Source: Candidatus Bathyarchaeum sp.
GTDB taxonomy: Archaea; Thermoproteota; Bathyarchaeia; Bathyarchaeales; Bathyarchaeaceae
Direction of reading: 5' to 3'
Assembly: GCA_026014495.1 (NCBI GenBank)
Contig: JAOZIF010000051.1
Coordinates: 1-28,021, forward strand
Length of the DNA: 28,021 nucleotides
The notes below the pieces were generated by a model, which worked only from the letters and a program-made list of their open reading frames with translations, was not told where the DNA came from and did no database searches. Of the stretch, positions 27,612-28,021 are shown piece after piece. Made by a program: the position numbers and the translations under genes. Each line of letters opens with the position of its first letter. Positions within the stretch are counted from its first letter, which is position 1.

Positions 27612-28021
27612 TATTTTTGAACCCCCGAGACGTTATCCATTTTTCCTATTTTTTCGTCAAGTTTCTATGTTTTTCCTCGTTGCTAATTAAAGCATTATGA
27701 AGTCCAGATAAACAACCAACCAAACCCACAAAGAACCACAGACAACATATTGTCACCAAATCATACCACCATTTTCAATCCAGACACATTTTGTGAGTTA
27801 GCATCCTTTGTCGTCACATTTAACATGTATGAATCTGGAATACGTATCAGCACTAACAATCCTAATTCAGAATCCGAATGTTCAATACATGAATGATGTG
27901 TGAAAGCTCCTTGAGGGCAAATTTTGGCAGACATTTTGGATTTGCTTTCCCAAATCAAATTAAACACCGAAAAACGACACTTTTCTATGATAATCGAGGA
28001 TACAACATATAAATATTTTCA

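Noticed and set aside
27761-27967. 68-aa minus-strand ORF upstream of abrB copy 2
   Set aside because: No RBS, motif or recognisable fold; could be real but is not supportable.
1-28021. Mobile element, CRISPR array or RNA genes
   Set aside because: No transposase, integrase, terminal inverted repeats, regularly spaced repeats or tRNA/rRNA-like sequence seen; the abrB repeats are diverged coding paralogs, not att sites.

Overview
Archaeal chromosomal segment: many TTG/GTG starts, GGTGA-type ribosome-binding sites and small hypothetical proteins suggest Bathyarchaeia, but the taxon is my inference. It is almost entirely a roughly 26-kb surface-glycan biosynthesis cluster, with every supported gene on the minus strand. 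In transcription order (right to left): AbrB-type regulator, 131-aa hypothetical, processive-type GT2, GT-C-like membrane protein, DPM-synthase-like GT2, gmd, fcl, B12-dependent radical SAM, CgeB-type GT, a probable GT relic, two GT4s, nucleotidyltransferase-fold protein, second GT-C-like membrane protein, alkaline-phosphatase-superfamily enzyme, PfkB kinase, rfbA, rfbC, rfbB, rfbD, Gmm-like Nudix, a decayed second rfbC, an atypical SDR, a second rfbD, an LDH/MDH-family dehydrogenase, a second AbrB paralog, wecB and a zinc-ribbon protein. Features absent from the ORF track: two about 80%-identical abrB mini-genes bracketing the cluster, an rfbC pseudogene, a probable GT4 relic and probable CTG start codons. 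The best candidate for an undescribed system is the AT-rich NTase + GT-C + phosphodiesterase-fold + PfkB module, which may add a phospho-substituent to the glycan. No rRNA, tRNA, CRISPR array, transposase or integrase was recognised.
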